DNA of 64,000 nucleotides from a virus (lineage: Duplodnaviria > Caudoviricetes), in IMG/VR virus record IMGVR_UViG_3300033072_000181, positions 1 to 64,000 of that record; one strand, 5' to 3'. The notes under the pieces were generated by a model, which was not told where the DNA came from, made no database searches, and saw only the letters and a list, made by a program, of their open reading frames with translations. This document shows, piece after piece, positions 1 to 7,536 of the stretch (position 1 is its first letter; every line of letters begins with the position of its first letter). The position numbers and the translations under genes are program-made.

Positions 1-44
1 GTAAGCCTGAGGGGTATTACCAGATGCTATCATCCAGATCAGGA

Positions 45-77
45 AGCTATACCGGCAGCTATACCGGCAGCTATACC
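45..77. repeat. 12-bp tandem repeat AGCTATACCGGC x2.75
   Basis: Read directly: agctataccggc agctataccggc agctatacc. Confidence 0.9.
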
Positions 78-902
78 AAGGCGTGATATTTTGGCTTTTC
101 AGGGAGTATAGCGGGAGGTGAGGCGGTGGGCCTTTAAACCCATCAGACGTACTGCTGGTATTTCTGCTATACTACCCTAATCACTACCATCTGATATTTC
201 CTGCGCTAAAAACCCTAAGCTAGAGCTGTTCTATAGCGGAAGATTTACATAAAAATTAACAAATATGATATTTCGCTGTAAGAGCTAGCGGCTAACTATC
301 AGCTATACTCCCAACACATAGTTATAATAAAGGGTATAACGAACGATATATCTGATATTTTAATCGTTATATTTATAGTTATCTTATTGTGTGCTATCTG
401 AGTAATATCCGATATAATCTTGGATATTTTATACGATTACTATGCGTAATAACCAAGGATGTAGGGATATTTAGATAAAGAGTAACTAATGATTAGCACA
501 ATAAAGATCAATAAAGCAAAGTAGTTTGAGTAGTTTGGGAATGATTAGCTAAGTAGTTATAGCTACTGTGTAACACAAGTAAGTTATGTGCGTAAGTAAT
601 ATACGTTATAACATGCGTATTTCTATATAGCATTGCACTATATATCTTGTGTTAATCTAGATAAGATATTTTATTTTTAAGATTTAAAGATTAAATTATT
701 AAAATGATTAATGACTTGATTAAATAGGATTGTGCATAATATCTTGTGCTGAAACTAATGTTTATTTAGTAATAACACAAAATACTACGCACAGCATATC
801 AACCAGTTCACGACGATATAGCAGAGCAGTACTGCGGATACCATACGATAGCATTTGGTATTACGTCAGTTACTACCTCTGTTATATCTCCTACTGCTAC
901 TG

Positions 903-1442
903 TTAGTCTATGATATTTCTACAGGATAGAATCTTCTTGCACTGATACCAAGGAATAGGCGTATAGTTAATATGTTCTTGTTCGCAGCATACGTTAAGAT
1001 AGCTAGGATCAATTTCTACTGAATTAATCATAACTTGTTTATCGTGTAGATGACCATGAATATTAGCTTTGAATCTACTTAATGAATCAGTATGAATTGG
1101 AATATGACTGAAGATACAACCATCGAATACACGGTATGCTTTAATATCATAGAAGAATTCTGAGTATGTTTTATTATCATAAATATCGTGATTACCACAG
1201 ATTAGTTTCTTCTTGCCGTTTAGCCTATGTAGAAAACCTAGGTGTTTCTTATTGATAGCTACATCACCTAGTACATAGACTTTATCAGCAGGCTTTACTA
1301 CTGAATTCCAGTTATCATGCAATACCTCGTGCATTTCTTCTACTGATTCAAAATTACGCAACGGAGTACCGTCTTTACGTTTAAAAGTGAGAATGTTAGC
1401 ATGACCTAGATGCAAATCACTAATTAGATAATGTTCAGGCAT
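903..1442 (-). CDS. Calcineurin-like metallophosphoesterase
   Basis: Motifs SDLHLGH, VLGD, GNHD, FSHIP, HGHLH. Confidence 0.9.
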   Translation of the reverse strand: MPEHYLISDLHLGHANILTFKRKDGTPLRNFESVEEMHEVLHDNWNSVVKPADKVYVLGDVAINKKHLGFLHRLNGKKKLICGNHDIYDNKTYSEFFYDIKAYRVFDGCIFSHIPIHTDSLSRFKANIHGHLHDKQVMINSVEIDPSYLNVCCEQEHINYTPIPWYQCKKILSCRNIID

Positions 1443-1603
1443 TAGTTTCTCCTTGTAGATTAGCTTTAATTTTATTTAATAATTCTAGTTCAAAATTGTA
1501 TAAAACAGCGATAAAGGTAATAAAAGCGCTAGAATTTACTAATATTTGATTAAAAATCACCTTGTTTATAAATAGCTTTCATAGTTGCTCCTTTGTAAGA
1601 CTT

Positions 1604-2011
1604 TTAACACCCAATAAACATACTACCATCATTCAGTACGCTTTGAAAACTAGTATAATCCAGCACTTCAATAACGTAAGATGACGTTTCATTATATGAT
1701 GCTACAACAGAGCTACCATACGCGCTGATACCGTAGTTATCCGTACAGCACACATAAGAATTACCCGATAGACTTACAAATTCTAGCAAATCTTTGCTTA
1801 GTTTATTACACAAGGCAATACCGCTGTTCATTCGCCAGCTATTACCACTGACATACCCGCCCTTCCATTCTGCAAAGATACGATAAGATAGTTCATTAGT
1901 TTCTTTGTTAGTTAATCGTAAGATAACCCAATTATCAGGGTAGTATTGTTTTGTGTAGGGTTGCTTGGCTGCTAGTGCTTCTGCTGCTACTTCGTTTGTT
2001 AGGTTACTCAT
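1604..2011 (-). CDS. Conserved hypothetical phage protein
   Basis: PDNWVIL...W.GGY..GNSWRMNSGI pattern recalled from lytic-phage hypotheticals; GGAG SD upstream. Confidence 0.7.
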   Translation of the reverse strand: MSNLTNEVAAEALAAKQPYTKQYYPDNWVILRLTNKETNELSYRIFAEWKGGYVSGNSWRMNSGIALCNKLSKDLLEFVSLSGNSYVCCTDNYGISAYGSSVVASYNETSSYVIEVLDYTSFQSVLNDGSMFIGC

Positions 2012-2038
2012 GTTAATCTCCTAATGTTAAGTTCGTGT

Positions 2039-2067
2039 ATTGTAACAATTGTAGAACAAGCAGTCAA
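2039..2067 (-). promoter_or_regulatory. Sigma70-like promoter
   Basis: Minus strand TTGACT-N17-TACAAT upstream of ORF 2011. Confidence 0.75.
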
Positions 2068-2131
2068 GCAGTAGTTCGGGTGATACCGTCACTAATACCT
2101 AAGTAGTGGCTGTGTATCACCCTCAGCTTAC

Positions 2132-2959
2132 TTACTGCTTTGGCGCACGTTTAGAAGGACGTTTAGCTGGTAGTTTAGCTAGCAGTTCCTCTTGAGTTTC
2201 TAGCTGCGGTTTAGCTAGTAGCTGTTCTACGGAGATAGTAACTTCTGTGTCCGTATGCTCTGCTATAGCAGTTTTATCCATCTTAGCACAACTGCAAGAC
2301 TCACAGCTACCGCAACAATCAGTATCCGCATCATCATCCGCTTCCTCTGCTTCTTCGTTTAGCTTACTGAAGTACTCTGCACGCTGTTCTAAGCGTTCGA
2401 TAATACCTTCTGCATCAAAGTAGAAGTCCTTACCTTCTAGCATTTCATCTAGTTCAGTATCAGTTAGGAACCCTTGATAAATATCACGTAGAACATTACG
2501 TTGCCAAGCATGTGTAAAGTTAAACATACTAGCATGATCTGGCATCTTACCACCAGTAAAGCCAGTAGCACAATGAATCATCATAGTACCATAAGGGCTA
2601 ACCGCAATATTAGGACAGCTAAGAGCAATAGCACTACCTCCACTTGCACAATCTCCTTCAATGATACCTACAACATTAGCTTCACAATTATTGATAGCAT
2701 TGATAATAGCTAGAGTACCCTGTAAGCTACCACCGTCTGTATTAATAATAATATCTACTTGATCGTTTTCTGTTAGTTCTCGCATACGCTCAATAACATC
2801 GCTGTAATAATTAGCACTCTTAATATCTTCATCAATACGTACTGTTAATTTAGTGCTGATTTGTGCAGCTTCACGGTAGCCTAATTTATCTTTTAATAGT
2901 AAAGGGTTAAAAGTATCTTGATTTAATTTATTCATATAATTCTCCTTTAATACGGCCAT
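2132..2959 (-). CDS. ClpP/S49-like serine protease (likely start ATG 2935)
   Basis: IINTDGGS, GDCASGGS (catalytic Ser), MMIH (His); AAGGAG SD before ATG 2935. Confidence 0.8.
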   Translation of the reverse strand: MAVLKENYMNKLNQDTFNPLLLKDKLGYREAAQISTKLTVRIDEDIKSANYYSDVIERMRELTENDQVDIIINTDGGSLQGTLAIINAINNCEANVVGIIEGDCASGGSAIALSCPNIAVSPYGTMMIHCATGFTGGKMPDHASMFNFTHAWQRNVLRDIYQGFLTDTELDEMLEGKDFYFDAEGIIERLEQRAEYFSKLNEEAEEADDDADTDCCGSCESCSCAKMDKTAIAEHTDTEVTISVEQLLAKPQLETQEELLAKLPAKRPSKRAPKQ

Positions 2960-3701
2960 CTTTGATTAACCCTACAGCAATATCCTTTACGATACCACCA
3001 CGAACAATATCACTAGGAGAATCAAAATTAATAATACCTACACTCTTTAGTTTATGACGTTTAGCAAAATCCAAGAACCAAACTAAACCAGAACTTCCAC
3101 GAATATCTCTTTGATTTTCATCCCCGCATAGCACTAACTTACAATTATCAGAAATACGAGTGACAATAGCCAGCATTTCATCTTCAGTTGTTTGTTGTGC
3201 TTCATCAATCAATAAATAGCTAGGTGCATCAAAACTTCTACCACGGATACTTTCAATCTCTTGTACTTCTAGATCACCTCTTTGACCATCAGCTAAAGCA
3301 ATTTCATAAGCACCACTACCAATTCTTTGCTTAACCGTATCTAGAATATTACGCACATAAGGATATAGCTTTTCTAGTGCTGAACCGGGCTTACTACCGC
3401 TTGATTTACCAGTCTGTACATAAGGTCTAGCTACGATAATCTTCTTGATTTCACCAGTTCTGTACTTATCGGCAGCTACACTAGCAGCTAAGAACGTCTT
3501 ACCTGTACCATGCAAACCTAAACACACAATAACTTGGATATTTGGATCATTCAACATATTCAAATATTCTTTTTGTTTAGCTGTCTTAGCTACAAGTGGC
3601 TTACTCTTGATTTCTTCTTTACGTTCATCCAGAAATTTATCCTTTACTTTTCGGTGAGATTCTACAGGATCAATTTTAATAGTTCGTTGGCTACGTTTCA
3701 T
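2928..3701 (-). CDS. phoH: PhoH-family ATPase
   Basis: Walker A GLHGTGKT, RGRSF, LIDEAQ, LCGDENQRD, DIVRG. Confidence 0.92.
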   Translation of the reverse strand: MKRSQRTIKIDPVESHRKVKDKFLDERKEEIKSKPLVAKTAKQKEYLNMLNDPNIQVIVCLGLHGTGKTFLAASVAADKYRTGEIKKIIVARPYVQTGKSSGSKPGSALEKLYPYVRNILDTVKQRIGSGAYEIALADGQRGDLEVQEIESIRGRSFDAPSYLLIDEAQQTTEDEMLAIVTRISDNCKLVLCGDENQRDIRGSSGLVWFLDFAKRHKLKSVGIINFDSPSDIVRGGIVKDIAVGLIKDGRIKGELYE

Positions 3702-3730
3702 TTTTTATTATTCTCCTTTTTACTGTGCAA

Positions 3731-3814
3731 AATAGCTGCATTAATAGCTGCATTAATAGCTGCATTAATAGCTGCATTAATAGCTGCATTAATAGCTGTA
3801 TTCATAGCTGTATG
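3731..3814. repeat. Intergenic 12-bp tandem repeat AATAGCTGCATT (5 perfect + 2 degenerate units)
   Basis: Read directly between phoH and the 3957 ORF. Confidence 0.95.
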
Positions 3815-3956
3815 CAGAAAATGGCAAGGCTAGCTACATCAGATATCCCCGCCAAACGCACACAAACGGCCTTAGCTGCGTTTAAATGCTTCAGGGTATG
3901 TGTAGGTATTACCCATGCAATTTAAATCGATTTAAAGCGTTCCTAGCGTTTCTAGC

Positions 3957-4391
3957 TTAGTTCAGCTTAGGAGTAAATTTACGAGTCTGTTTAGTTGTTT
4001 TTAGCTGTTCGGTAGATTCTGCTGTTTCTGATGTTTCATCGGCGGTTGTATCGGCAGTTGCAACAACAGGTTCTTCGGTCTGTACTGGCTGCTCTGCTTG
4101 CTCTTCACCTAGCACCTTCTTTAGCAGGTCAGTAACGCTAGTTTCTTCAGTTGCATCATCGGCAGCTTTAGTTGGTGCTTTAAGTGGTTCTACTTCAACG
4201 TCGGTAACGGTTTGCTTACGGATCATACCACAGGTAAAGAATCCCGGCCCGTACATCTGAGGATAGCCATCGTTTGATTCGATATTTGGTTCATAGCCGA
4301 TACGTGCATGGTTAGCGATTTCAATAACAAAATCTACTAGGTTATACGATTGAATCTGTACTTGAGTTTCTAGCTTAGTTTCTTCGGACAT
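3957..4391 (-). CDS. Hypothetical protein with acidic/Thr-rich C-terminus (start ATG 4391)
   Basis: Track ORF 3957..4460; GGAG SD precedes MSEETKL at 4391. Confidence 0.7.
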   Translation of the reverse strand: MSEETKLETQVQIQSYNLVDFVIEIANHARIGYEPNIESNDGYPQMYGPGFFTCGMIRKQTVTDVEVEPLKAPTKAADDATEETSVTDLLKKVLGEEQAEQPVQTEEPVVATADTTADETSETAESTEQLKTTKQTRKFTPKLN

Positions 4392-4420
4392 AATTTCTCC
4401 TTTGTTGTGTTGAAAACCGT

Positions 4421-4448
4421 ATTGTATCACGAATGATCTGTTTGTCAA
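4421..4448 (-). promoter_or_regulatory. Sigma70-like promoter of the leftward operon
   Basis: Minus strand TTGACA-N16-TACAAT. Confidence 0.8.
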
Positions 4449-4528
4449 CAGGTAGCACAAAATAAATCCGTAACGGCAGGTATAGCTGCTAGTCTTTGCA
4501 CAATCACAAAAAATATTTTAGCGATTAC

Positions 4529-4557
4529 TTGACAAACTTCAAAACAGGTTGTACAAT
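4529..4557 (+). promoter_or_regulatory. Sigma70-like promoter, rightward
   Basis: TTGACA-N17-TACAAT. Confidence 0.85.
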
Positions 4558-4603
4558 AGAACCTTAGTTCAGCAGATGATATAGCTATAGTTATACTATA
4601 GTA

Positions 4604-4777
4604 TATACGTATGTTATACCTATGATATAACGTACATAGTAGCTGCTGTTATATAATATACGGTATAATATAGGTATGTATATTTAATTGTTCTTTAAAT
4701 ATAATCTATATATTAACGTATATACTAACGGTAATATACCAGTTATAACTAACGTATATACTACCGTTAAGCTAACG
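4604..4777 (+). repeat. Dispersed non-coding repeat, copy A (partner 60304-60488)
   Basis: Identical cores ttctttaaatataatctatatattaacgtatatactaacggtaatataccagttata and actaacgtatatactaccgttaagctaacg in both copies. Confidence 0.95.
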
Positions 4778-5036
4778 GTAGGATGTTGTTTCTTTCTCTC
4801 TTACACCTTGAAAATGTAGTAGCTGGAGGATTAGCTGCTGTTGTAGCTGCTGTTGTAACGTTAGTTAGTCGGTATGTGGTCGTTAAGGAAACGGTAGTAC
4901 ATCGTTAGGTATAGCGTCAGGTAGAGCGTCAGGTAGTGCTTGTATGTCAGCATCTAGGCTAGCTGAGTTGTGCTGGTTAATGTGCTTTAGTTATCATTTG
5001 GTTCTAGGTATTAATAAATTATTAAAAGGAGAAAGT

Positions 5037-5591
5037 ATGAAATATGTAGCTAGTAAAATTAAGAATCAAAAGTTTAAAGAAGTTCCTATTGAAGAATTAC
5101 GAAAGCTATTTCAATATAATCCGAATACTGGTGAATTATTACAAAACTCTAGAAAGATAAATACAGCTTTATCTGAAGATGATAATTTTAGTGTGTGGTT
5201 CTATGTTAAAAAAGAAAATAAGAAGGTGCAATACAAAGTAACTGCTGTAGAATTAGTTTATGCTTTACAGACAGGTAAATTCAGCACATACAAAGTAAGA
5301 ACAAGAGATTTAGATAATTCTAATTTAAAATTTAATAATCTTTTTGAGGTGCAATACGAACAGGAAAAGATCATTCGTACAGCTTTGCTTAACTTACGTA
5401 AATACCTAAAGTGTAATCCTACAGATTTCGATCAAAATAAATTTATTGTGCAAGTCTATAATGAAACTGTAATTAATCGCAGGTTTGATTGCATAGAAGC
5501 AGCTACCGCTTATATCCGTAAAACTAAATTAGCTTTTATGAAATCATTAGAACGAGTAGGTATTGATATTAATTCTAAATTATTATATTGA
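5037..5591 (+). CDS. Degenerate HNH-endonuclease-like protein (start ATG 5037)
   Basis: EELRKLFQYNPNTGELL resembles the N-terminus of phage HNH/AP2 endonucleases; the HNH-like segment VRTRDLDNSNLKFNNL has no His; AAGGAG SD. Confidence 0.5.
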   Translation: MKYVASKIKNQKFKEVPIEELRKLFQYNPNTGELLQNSRKINTALSEDDNFSVWFYVKKENKKVQYKVTAVELVYALQTGKFSTYKVRTRDLDNSNLKFNNLFEVQYEQEKIIRTALLNLRKYLKCNPTDFDQNKFIVQVYNETVINRRFDCIEAATAYIRKTKLAFMKSLERVGIDINSKLLY

Positions 5592-5595
5592 TTAC

Positions 5596-5624
5596 TTGAC
5601 AAACATTACTTCGTATCGTATAAT
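5596..5624 (+). promoter_or_regulatory. Consensus sigma70 promoter for the ncRNA/tRNA cluster
   Basis: Perfect TTGACA-N17-TATAAT. Confidence 0.92.
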
Positions 5625-5630
5625 ACTTTC

Positions 5631-5885
5631 TATCGAATTATGAGTTAAGCACATACAAAGGTAAATGCCAACGAGGTATCCGTTCACTCCTTACGGATCA
5701 CTCTATAATTTACAAACGGTATGTACTTGCTCCTAACAACCGCAGGGTACATCATGGATTAATCTGTGAGTTACCTTGGATGGGGAACGGTATCCATCGG
5801 GTAGTCTGCGTATAGCGGAGACTATTCTTAGTATTTTACAGCAGAGAATTAAGGATAATAGACTATTATTAACCCTTTGCTATAG
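5631..5885 (+). ncRNA. Candidate structured RNA or tRNA-operon leader with five hairpins
   Basis: Stems ACATAC/GTATGT, GTAAAT/ATTTAC, ATCCGT/ACGGAT, CAGGGTA/TACCTTG, GATGG/CCATC, TAGTCT/AGACTA, AGCAGAG/CTTTGCT; no ORF in the track. Confidence 0.5.
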
Positions 5886-5901
5886 AACATTAAGACTAGT
5901 T

Positions 5902-5978
5902 GTTCCTGTAGCTCAATTGGTTAGAGCAGTGTCCTCATAAGACATTGGTTGCAGATTCAAATTCTGTCAGGGACACCA
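5902..5978 (+). tRNA. tRNA with CAU anticodon, probably tRNA-Ile2 (lysidine) rather than Met
   Basis: Cloverleaf GTTCCTG/CAGGGAC, loop CT-CAT-AA, TTCAAAT, encoded CCA. G1-C72 is paired, so not an initiator; C4-G69 and C5-G68 are known TilS determinants. Confidence 0.9.
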
Positions 5979-6076
5979 TTAAGTTTAGATACGACTACCT
6001 CGACGGAGGGAAAAGGTGTTTCACTACCACCCTGTCGTATCTTATTTGTAGTGTATCCTATAGTGAAGGACATAAA

Positions 6077-6589
6077 ATGACTATTGAAATTTTTACAGAT
6101 TGTAAATTATTTCCAGACTTATTTAAAGTATCAAATTTTGGACAAGTGTTTAGTAAAAGAACAGGTAAAATACTTGTTCAAGGTATCTCAAAAACTGGTT
6201 ATCGTGTTATATCAACAAGGATAGGTGGTCGATCTGGCATTGCTAAATGTATTAAAGTTAGCAGGATGGTAGCATCAGCTTTTATTGATAATCCTTTAAA
6301 TAAACCTGTTGTAAATCATATTGATGGTAATAAATTAAATAACAATTCAACAAATTTAGAATGGGTTACTCATTCTGAGAATACTATTCATGCGGTTGAA
6401 ACAGGATTATTAAGATTTGATTCTGTTAAAGGCTTTAAAACAGATTTAAATAGAAACGCTGAAAAGAACGCATTTGCAATAGTTAAATTATATTTTGTAG
6501 ATAAATTAAGTATGCGCAAAATAGGTGAAATTTATAAAGTAAATCATCAAGTGATTTCAAAAATAATTAAACAAACAATCCCGTCTTAG
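6077..6589 (+). CDS. Free-standing HNH homing endonuclease (I-HmuI-like) inside the tRNA cluster
   Basis: VNHIDGNKLNN...NLEWVTHSEN..HA; GAAGGA SD before ATG 6077; stop codon lies inside tRNA-Arg. Confidence 0.9.
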   Translation: MTIEIFTDCKLFPDLFKVSNFGQVFSKRTGKILVQGISKTGYRVISTRIGGRSGIAKCIKVSRMVASAFIDNPLNKPVVNHIDGNKLNNNSTNLEWVTHSENTIHAVETGLLRFDSVKGFKTDLNRNAEKNAFAIVKLYFVDKLSMRKIGEIYKVNHQVISKIIKQTIPS

Positions 6590-6655
6590 CTTAATTGCAA
6601 GAGCAACGGTCTTCTACACCGTTCGGTATAAGTTGGAGTCTTATAGACGGGGCCA
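6580..6655 (+). tRNA. tRNA-Arg(UCU)
   Basis: CCCGTCT/AGACGGG acceptor, ACGGT-CTTCTAC-ACCGT anticodon arm, ATAAG-TTGGAGT-CTTAT T arm, CCA. Confidence 0.88.
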
Positions 6656-6660
6656 ACAAA

Positions 6661-6735
6661 GCCTATGAAACATTGAAGATGATGCCCTCTCTTGTAAGGA
6701 GGTTTAACGCGGTTTGAGTCCGTGCATAGGCTCCA
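6661..6735 (+). tRNA. tRNA-Thr(UGU), non-canonical D arm
   Basis: GCCTATG/CATAGGC acceptor, CCTCT-CTTGTAA-GGAGG anticodon arm, CGCGG-TTTGAGT-CCGTG T arm, CCA; A at position 8. Confidence 0.82.
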
Positions 6736-6821
6736 TCTTTCGTAACATGCTGACGACTAATAAAGCCATGTTATTATTTTAACTATTTAATCTTTCTAAT
6801 AAAAAGAAAACGGAGATTATT

Positions 6822-7013
6822 ATGCCAAGTTGTATTTCTTGTGGTTCTCACTATAAAATTTCTAAAGATTATGATGATCCTTTAGAATGTACTAATTGTG
6901 TAGAGACTTTATTTGATAATTCTAGTCTTGATAATTCACAAGAAGATAATTTAGAATATGATTTATTCCATGAAGGTTGTAGTAGAACTTTACCAAAGTT
7001 TTATGATGAATAG
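6822..7013 (+). CDS. Small zinc-ribbon-like protein
   Basis: CISC...CTNC; GGAG SD. Confidence 0.6.
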   Translation: MPSCISCGSHYKISKDYDDPLECTNCVETLFDNSSLDNSQEDNLEYDLFHEGCSRTLPKFYDE

Positions 7014-7021
7014 AGGTTAAT

Positions 7022-7477
7022 ATGAGTGCTAGTAAATCTAGTAATGCAGTAGAAAAGACTACAGATGAAACTGAAAAAGCTACTGATAAATCAAACATTA
7101 GTCCAGCTAAAGCTGATAAAGCAAATACAGATAAACCTTGGTTATTCCAAAAGAATGATCCTAGACGCTGGAAAGCTGGTAGAACACCGAGTAAAGACGG
7201 AAGAACTAAACGTGAAATTTACGATTCAGAAATTCTAGCAGCATTACGTAAAGTAAAGAGTCATGTTAGTGGTGCTATTATTACAGCAGCTAGAATCTGT
7301 GAAGATGAAAATGCCAAAGATAGTGACAGATTAACTGCTGCTAAACTGCTGATTAGTGAATATAGAACGCTGCTTGAAGCTGGCTATGACACAGAAGATT
7401 CCGAGTCCAGCGGTACAGAGGTTAATCAACCGTCAGCACCAGTTTTTAGTTTAACTATGGTTAAAGCTGAAGAATAA
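7022..7477 (+). CDS. Probable terminase small subunit
   Basis: Directly upstream of terL; FQKNDPRRWKAGR and A.DS.RL.AAK motifs. Confidence 0.6.
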   Translation: MSASKSSNAVEKTTDETEKATDKSNISPAKADKANTDKPWLFQKNDPRRWKAGRTPSKDGRTKREIYDSEILAALRKVKSHVSGAIITAARICEDENAKDSDRLTAAKLLISEYRTLLEAGYDTEDSESSGTEVNQPSAPVFSLTMVKAEE

Positions 7478-7536
7478 GATAATAAGGTGTTAAGCTACCT
7501 TTAAGTGCTAACTGTAAATAAGGGGAATTCGTTTAT

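Noticed and set aside
1550-1582. 10-codon mini-ORF sharing ATGAAAGCTATTTATAA with the ORF at 45766
   Set aside because: A single 17-nt AT-rich match with no further similarity; too weak to call a duplication or regulatory peptide.
3731-3814. CRISPR array
   Set aside because: Units are contiguous 12-mers with no spacers, and no cas genes are present. The same applies to the other short arrays.
3534-3925. Track ORFs 3534..3833 and 3725..3925 (IAAL and CINS repeats)
   Set aside because: They are translations of the non-coding 12-bp tandem repeat, antisense to phoH.
4944-5036. Track start of the ORF at 4944
   Set aside because: No SD and an implausible N-terminus; AAGGAG precedes ATG 5037.
5945-6076. 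N-terminal extension of the HNH ORF
   Set aside because: It overlaps the tRNA and the hairpin; an SD precedes ATG 6077.
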